From an uncultured Caldithrix sp. (GTDB lineage Bacteria; Calditrichota; Calditrichia; RBG-13-44-9), in the NCBI GenBank assembly GCA_964461135.1, contig CAYWTB010000016.1, positions 84 through 64,083 of the forward strand: a stretch of DNA of 64,000 nucleotides, in the 5' to 3' direction. The position numbers were made by a program, and so were the translations under genes. The notes under the pieces are model-generated. The model had not been told where the DNA came from. It was given only the letters and a program-made list of their open reading frames with translations, and searched no databases. Below, in pieces: positions 58,590-64,000 of the stretch; positions within the stretch are counted from its first letter, which is position 1; every line of letters starts with the position of its first letter.

Positions 58590-61082
58590 TCAGCGTAGTA
58601 GGGACATCTTGCCGGAAAGAGATTGTTCTCCTGCTGTTAAACGATAAATATACACTCCGGAGGGCACTGACTGACCCCTTTTATTTAAACCGTTCCAGAT
58701 TACACTGTACTGGCCGGGCGGCTTATTTTCATTCAGTAAAGTAATTATTTTGCGTCCCAACACATCAAAAATCTCCAGCCTGGTATGCACCATTCCACCA
58801 GCGGGTATGGTAAATGTGATGGAGGTAGAGGGATTGAAGGGATTGGGAAAATTCTGGCTCAACTTGAATTGGCCGGGGATCCCATCAGGCCCTGTAGAAG
58901 TGAGAGCAGAGGGATGACCAAAAAACTGCAGTATGCGGGCCATCAGGCTGTCCCGGGTACCGGACGGATAGAAGGTTTCAAATGGAACAGCCAGGTATAC
59001 CAGCTTCCCGGGCACGGTACCTGTTCCGAACGTCCCCTGGAACTGAATTCCCGCCCCGCCGTATGTTGCCGGAGTAAAACCGTTGTGGGTCATACATTGT
59101 ATAGAACCATCGATCGGACGGATGCCATCCGGATAATCCACGTCATAAGATCCCTGTGAACCGTCATCAAATAGAAGATTTAGAAGATCATCAAATATAG
59201 AGGACGTAACACCAGATACCGTATGGGTTGGTACACGGTCCAGCACATATTCCGCCTTCAGATAATCACGGTAAAATGCTTTATCCTCACTACTGCCCTG
59301 TTCCACCAGATCGTAACCGATTTCCGATCCTGACACAAAGAAATTGCCACCATTTCTCAGGAAAATAGATACCCGTTGCTGTTCGGCTATACTGAAACTC
59401 TCATCGGTGGTTCCCTCTTCCCCGGAAATCCAGATGACCACATCATAATTCGGCAGCGAAATGATGCCGTCAATGATGCATTCATTGGAACAGGAATCAA
59501 AAACCCGGCCTTCCCTGACTACGGAAGGGGCAAATCTGTTAATATAATTGAAATTATTAACCGTACCGCTGACCCGGTCAAAACCGTTTACAATTATAAT
59601 ATCCGCCTGTGCAGACGATGGTTTTACAGCCAGCACTTCTGTGGGGAGGCTTTCTCCATTGCCATTAACTGCAGAAAATTTAAAATAATAAAGTGAATCG
59701 GGTGACAGTGCGTTCAGGACTATATCCGGATTGGGAAAATCAGTACCTGTATCAAAACTATTACCATCAGTACTTTTGTACAGACGATATCCAGTTGCCC
59801 CGGCTGCCGGTGAAACGGTAACCGCGGAACTGTAGTTGCCCAGGTTTGTAATCCGGAAATTCACCGGTCTGAGCGGCGGACTGCTGGAACCGAATGCATT
59901 GGCAAGTGCGGCCTGTAATTCCTGCCGCTGCCCGTCATAACTGAGAGCCCAGATGGCCACCCCCCTTAAATTGTCCTGATTGATAAGATTGAATTTAAGG
60001 GCAAGGCTCAGACTGTCATCATACCATCCCTGATACCACAGAGAATTATCGGAATATTTATACCAGGGAGTTTGCGACTCCGGTTCCCATAAGCGTCCGT
60101 AATACAGAGCATTTACATACGCCGTACTGTAGAAAATAGCGGTTCCGGATGACAGGGAGGGAGAATTGAGCCCGTCATCTGCAGTATTCCATTCAAAACC
60201 GTAGAAAGGAACACTGAGTATAAGCTTACTGACATTCTGTAATGTTTTATCAAGATAATCTTCCACCGTCCAGGACACACAATACGTTCCCCAGAGGGGA
60301 CCTCCGGTAAGAGGTGCAACCGGCCCGGCATTGGGAGCAGTACGCCAGTGAAAGTCATATCCCTGCATGATCAAACCATCGGTTACGCGGACAAGATTAT
60401 AATAATCGAAGGCATTGCTCCAGTCTACCGCCGGGGTAAAAATTGTCACATAGGAACCCGGGATGGTAAAGTGGAAGGTTGTGGCCAGCTCTGTCATAAA
60501 ATCCGTTAATCCCTGCCGTGCGGAGGATGGAACTCCTTCAAAATCGATGGTAACCCCATCGGCATTGGCATTCTGAACCTGGGTCAGCAGGTTAGTTACC
60601 AGGTTGGTGCGGCTGGAAGGAGAATTAAGCAGTGTTCCCAGTTTGGTACGATCAAACAGGATCACGGTTAATACTACCCTCACCCCTTCCGAATGGGCCT
60701 GGTTTATGAGCCCGGCTGCCGGCCAGTTATGCAAATTGACGATGTTGCCTGACTCATTGATATCTGCACCGAAGTAGGCAATGGTAGTCAACAGGCTGTA
60801 ATTCAGATTCGGATAATAGGAATAGACCCAATAAGGCAAATAACCAAATACTTCCCTTCCCGGCGGGACTTCCCTAGGAATTAAATCCATCGGCCGGCCC
60901 TCAAAAACAGGCGCGTTCTGTTGAGGTACATAATTCCGGTATTCTTCCCATTCCACCTGATGGATACTTTTTGAGCTTTTCATCCCGGCAAAAAACTCCT
61001 CAGAGTTCGCAGACCATAAAACACTTGAGGTACTCAACATTACCACCAGTATCAAAATATTTTCTATTCTGCTCAATACCAT
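58590..61082 (-). CDS. GH18 glycoside hydrolase (chitinase/peptidoglycan N-acetylglucosaminidase-like) with FN3, 'GFDR' alpha/beta domain and T9SS type-A CTD
   Basis: VFGYLPYW, ADGVTIDFE catalytic motif, MQGYDF, KLILSVPFYG, WYDD..SL..K, GVAIWAL; QNFPNPFNP...KMSLLR. Confidence 0.88.
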   Translation of the reverse strand: MVLSRIENILILVVMLSTSSVLWSANSEEFFAGMKSSKSIHQVEWEEYRNYVPQQNAPVFEGRPMDLIPREVPPGREVFGYLPYWVYSYYPNLNYSLLTTIAYFGADINESGNIVNLHNWPAAGLINQAHSEGVRVVLTVILFDRTKLGTLLNSPSSRTNLVTNLLTQVQNANADGVTIDFEGVPSSARQGLTDFMTELATTFHFTIPGSYVTIFTPAVDWSNAFDYYNLVRVTDGLIMQGYDFHWRTAPNAGPVAPLTGGPLWGTYCVSWTVEDYLDKTLQNVSKLILSVPFYGFEWNTADDGLNSPSLSSGTAIFYSTAYVNALYYGRLWEPESQTPWYKYSDNSLWYQGWYDDSLSLALKFNLINQDNLRGVAIWALSYDGQRQELQAALANAFGSSSPPLRPVNFRITNLGNYSSAVTVSPAAGATGYRLYKSTDGNSFDTGTDFPNPDIVLNALSPDSLYYFKFSAVNGNGESLPTEVLAVKPSSAQADIIIVNGFDRVSGTVNNFNYINRFAPSVVREGRVFDSCSNECIIDGIISLPNYDVVIWISGEEGTTDESFSIAEQQRVSIFLRNGGNFFVSGSEIGYDLVEQGSSEDKAFYRDYLKAEYVLDRVPTHTVSGVTSSIFDDLLNLLFDDGSQGSYDVDYPDGIRPIDGSIQCMTHNGFTPATYGGAGIQFQGTFGTGTVPGKLVYLAVPFETFYPSGTRDSLMARILQFFGHPSALTSTGPDGIPGQFKLSQNFPNPFNPSTSITFTIPAGGMVHTRLEIFDVLGRKIITLLNENKPPGQYSVIWNGLNKRGQSVPSGVYIYRLTAGEQSLSGKMSLLR

Positions 61083-61120
61083 AGTTTAATATCCCTTCCC
61101 TGGCACATTATTCGGACGTT

Positions 61121-63373
61121 TCATTTAGTAAACAACAGCTTCCAGGATTTTTTATACTTTTTTTGTGAATTAACAGCCTGCGCAGAGAAAGTGGCGATAT
61201 AAACGCCGCTGGCCACCAGCCGGCCTTCTTCATTGATTCCATTCCAATCCACCCGGTAACCGCCGCTCTGAAATTGTCCGTCAACCAGTCTCCTTATAGG
61301 CTGTCCCAGCATATTATATATGACCAGGTCCACCCGGGAAGCAAGCGGTAACTGAAAATGAATGGTGGTGGACGGATTAAATGGATTAGGATAATTAGGT
61401 GACATGGAAAAATTTTCAGGTATTTGGACGGAATTGTCCGGATATATGGAGGATGCTTCAAAGAAGTAATTCAACACCCGGCTAAAAAACTCAACCCGTA
61501 CCCCGGCATTAAAAACGGTCTCAAAGGGAAACGTGCAATACACCAGGAGCCCGGCGCTGGTTCCATTCCCGAAGATTCCTTCATAATAAATCGCGGCTGT
61601 CTGTCCCGAAGCATATTCCAGGCCGGCGATGGTACTTCCCCCCACCGGCAGGATAATATCTATGGAATCTGGCGTATAGGGTGATTGTCCAACTGCGGCG
61701 GAAAATCCGTCAAAAATTGATCCGCCTTGTCCGGTGACATTATATAGCCCGGCCTGATGATCACTGAAATCTGCTTTCAGATAATCGGATAAAAAGAGCG
61801 AGTCATCCGGTGTGGCCCCTGGATTTGCATCCGGATCAAGATCCGTGGCGATATCCGAGCCGCTTACAAAGAGATTTCCGCCATTCTCCAGGTAACGTAT
61901 CACCCATTGCTGTTCCGACGCACTGAACGTTTCATCAGCAACGGATTCATCACCCAGAATCCAGAAAACCGCTTCATAATTGTTCAGATCGATCAAACTG
62001 TCCGTGATCGCTTCGTTGGGTACGGTATCAAAACTGTACTGATTATCCCGCAGTGCTCTTCCGTAAATAAATCCGAAAGTGTGATAGGGAACTGGCCAGG
62101 CGCCATCTGTACGGTCAAATCCATCTACAATCAGCACGCGGTGAGGAAAGGCAGAGCCGTTGCTTGTCCCGTATATATCCGAGGAAATACTCTCGTTGGT
62201 TACCGGCGCACTGTCCACAGCCGTAAGCCTGAAATATGCATCGGTATTAATGACCTGCCTCAGCAAGGTGTCTGTGATCGAAGGTGTCAGAATATTTTCA
62301 TCCTTGAATAACGTCCATAGGCTGTTATCAAAACTGAAATAAAGCCGGTATCCCAGCAGGTCCTGATCGGTATTGGGATACCAGGCAAGGTGCATACCGG
62401 TATCTGTCCCCTTCAGGTAGCTGAAAACAGGCTGCTCCGGAGGGGTGGTATCAGAGGCTACTACTCTGACGCGTACATATGCCGTCTCCGCATTCTGGCG
62501 GGTATCTTCGGTAAAAACCATCACCACATAATCATCTTCCGGGAGATTCCGGGTGTCCCAGTAATCATCTATACCAATACTGTTGGTAACCTGGTAAACG
62601 TGACTGGAGGTGCTGGATAACGGTGTAAAATATACGTAACTGAGGTAAGTGTTATTGGGTTTGAAATCAAATTGATAGCGGATACCGCCGTTGAGCGGCT
62701 CATAAACCACAGTTCCGGAATCGCTGCTGAGAATGCGATACCCGATCTTATAGGTCCCGTTGTTAAGAACCGAGGTTGAAGATCCCGGCGGGCCATTATG
62801 TTCCTCTACTTTTACAATAATGTCCACCAGTCCGCTCAGGTTCGGGCCTGGAAATTCATTGGCGGTATTATTCTGGTAAAATCTCACAAAAGTAATCTCC
62901 GGTGCCCAGGTATCCACCAGTGCAGCAAAACTGTTATGATATACCATGCTGTTCACTTCGACACCGACATACCCATTGGTAAAATGTACATGTCCCTGGC
63001 CGGCTAAAATGTTTCCCAGAACAGTGACCGAGGCATAGACAGAATCACCTACGGACAGGGCTGGATTTGGTGTGATATGCACATAAGCTTTATCCTGCAC
63101 GCGCACATAGGCATCGGTTCCGGTGGGATAAATCGTGCTGACAATGCCATCTCTTACCGGATACACCGCAGAATAATCCGGCTTGGGAATATCGGTACCA
63201 TTATGAAAGTGACCGGGGGTGGTGGTACTGCGGTACTCACAAAACGTACCGGTAATCAGGTGATTCTGGTTGAAGGGTTTTACCGGCCAGGGAAACAGAT
63301 CCTGGCTGTGGGCCTGAAGAACCGGGACCAAAAATAGCAGGAAAAATATTAAAAAATGTTTCTTTGATGTCAT
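61121..63373 (-). CDS. M23-like zinc metallopeptidase with Ig/FN3, 'GFDR' alpha/beta domain and T9SS type-A CTD
   Basis: TGTFCEYR..HFHNGTD (HxxxD) and HVHF (HxH); PNYPNPFNP...KLLFTK. Confidence 0.78.
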   Translation of the reverse strand: MTSKKHFLIFFLLFLVPVLQAHSQDLFPWPVKPFNQNHLITGTFCEYRSTTTPGHFHNGTDIPKPDYSAVYPVRDGIVSTIYPTGTDAYVRVQDKAYVHITPNPALSVGDSVYASVTVLGNILAGQGHVHFTNGYVGVEVNSMVYHNSFAALVDTWAPEITFVRFYQNNTANEFPGPNLSGLVDIIVKVEEHNGPPGSSTSVLNNGTYKIGYRILSSDSGTVVYEPLNGGIRYQFDFKPNNTYLSYVYFTPLSSTSSHVYQVTNSIGIDDYWDTRNLPEDDYVVMVFTEDTRQNAETAYVRVRVVASDTTPPEQPVFSYLKGTDTGMHLAWYPNTDQDLLGYRLYFSFDNSLWTLFKDENILTPSITDTLLRQVINTDAYFRLTAVDSAPVTNESISSDIYGTSNGSAFPHRVLIVDGFDRTDGAWPVPYHTFGFIYGRALRDNQYSFDTVPNEAITDSLIDLNNYEAVFWILGDESVADETFSASEQQWVIRYLENGGNLFVSGSDIATDLDPDANPGATPDDSLFLSDYLKADFSDHQAGLYNVTGQGGSIFDGFSAAVGQSPYTPDSIDIILPVGGSTIAGLEYASGQTAAIYYEGIFGNGTSAGLLVYCTFPFETVFNAGVRVEFFSRVLNYFFEASSIYPDNSVQIPENFSMSPNYPNPFNPSTTIHFQLPLASRVDLVIYNMLGQPIRRLVDGQFQSGGYRVDWNGINEEGRLVASGVYIATFSAQAVNSQKKYKKSWKLLFTK

Positions 63374-63790
63374 ATCGTGGGAACCTTTGAACTTTGATAT
63401 TTTGTTATACTATTGTGTCCTTAGCTCAACTTAAAAAAATTATACTCAGAAATTTTGATATTTTTACTCCCTTTCATAGCGGGCTATTAGAAACCTGCTC
63501 CGGGCAAAGTAATAGTAGGATTTGTTTCATGTTCAACCACCCCCATAATCCCCTGTCTCACTATCGATGGCCAGAGGAAACAGGAGGAGTTCAGTAAGTT
63601 TAATAATTACAATAAAATACATATTTTTTCAGCATACTCCTTAAATTAGTGACTGAAATCATGATAGTGCCTAAATAAGTCTCAAGACCATTAAATTTTA
63701 ATACACAAGGCTGAGCTAAGAACATAATCATATTTTTTAATACAAGAATTTCACCTGCCGTTTCCAGGCAGATCTATCTTCCACTGCTGC

Positions 63791-64000
63791 CTATTTCTCC
63801 CTAAATATCTCAAAAGAATTCTCAAATCCTGCTCTGATTTCCAGGCCGTCGGTTGAAATTTGCAGGGAGGGCTGAATGAATGATTCACCCGGGACATTTA
63901 TGTTCTGAAGTAATTCACCCTGCTGATCATACACTTGAATGACCGGTGATTCATAAACGAAATTATGTCCATCCCAGCGGTTTTCGGCCACCAGTAGTAC
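63791..64000 (-). CDS. C-terminal part of an unknown protein entering from beyond the window
   Basis: Frame is open to base 64000; the visible tail (VIQVYDQQGELLQNINV) looks like a beta-propeller blade. Confidence 0.55.
   Translation of the reverse strand, partial: VLLVAENRWDGHNFVYESPVIQVYDQQGELLQNINVPGESFIQPSLQISTDGLEIRAGFENSFEIFREK

Noticed and set aside
1-63373. Diversity-generating retroelement or recent gene conversion among the repeated CTDs
   Set aside because: CTD copies are similar only at the protein level; I saw no near-identical nucleotide repeat pair and no reverse transcriptase.
123-63597. The many short ORFs (60-234 aa) in the ORF track, e.g. 42508-43212, 45308-46000, 25767-26363, 21346-21924
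   Set aside because: Most are antisense or off-frame shadows of long, motif-supported genes; the few intergenic ones have no recognisable motif or RBS.

Overview
A gene-dense window with no rRNA, tRNA, CRISPR array or transposase that I could find. It most likely comes from an FCB-associated, non-Bacteroidota lineage such as Calditrichota or KSB1. This is inferred from the NYPNPFN...KMxLxK C-terminal sorting domains and strong AGGAGG ribosome-binding sites. Almost the whole window reads as one large cell-wall (peptidoglycan) scavenging locus with three parts. (1) Eleven secreted proteins with a T9SS type-A-like/FlgD-Ig CTD: NAGPA-like phosphodiester glycosidase (missing from the ORF track), Amidase_3, GHL10/DUF187, GH18, M23-like and M28 peptidases, and several propeller/FG-GAP proteins. 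(2) Recycling enzymes: a NagZ-AmiE-like fusion, NamZ, a NagX/HGSNAT-like membrane protein, a YkfC-like NlpC/P60 peptidase and a D-Ala-D-Ala dipeptidase. (3) Three copies of a fixed SusD-free cassette: TonB-dependent receptor -> large secreted protein with a distinct 'VPNPY' CTD -> its own PorV/PorQ-like barrel. This cassette is the best candidate for an undescribed system. Both cassette operons also carry an identical orphan 13-bp perfect Shine-Dalgarno upstream of their last gene. Intergenic regions hold REP/MITE-like hairpins and heptamer arrays. All family calls rest on motif recognition by eye, not database searches.
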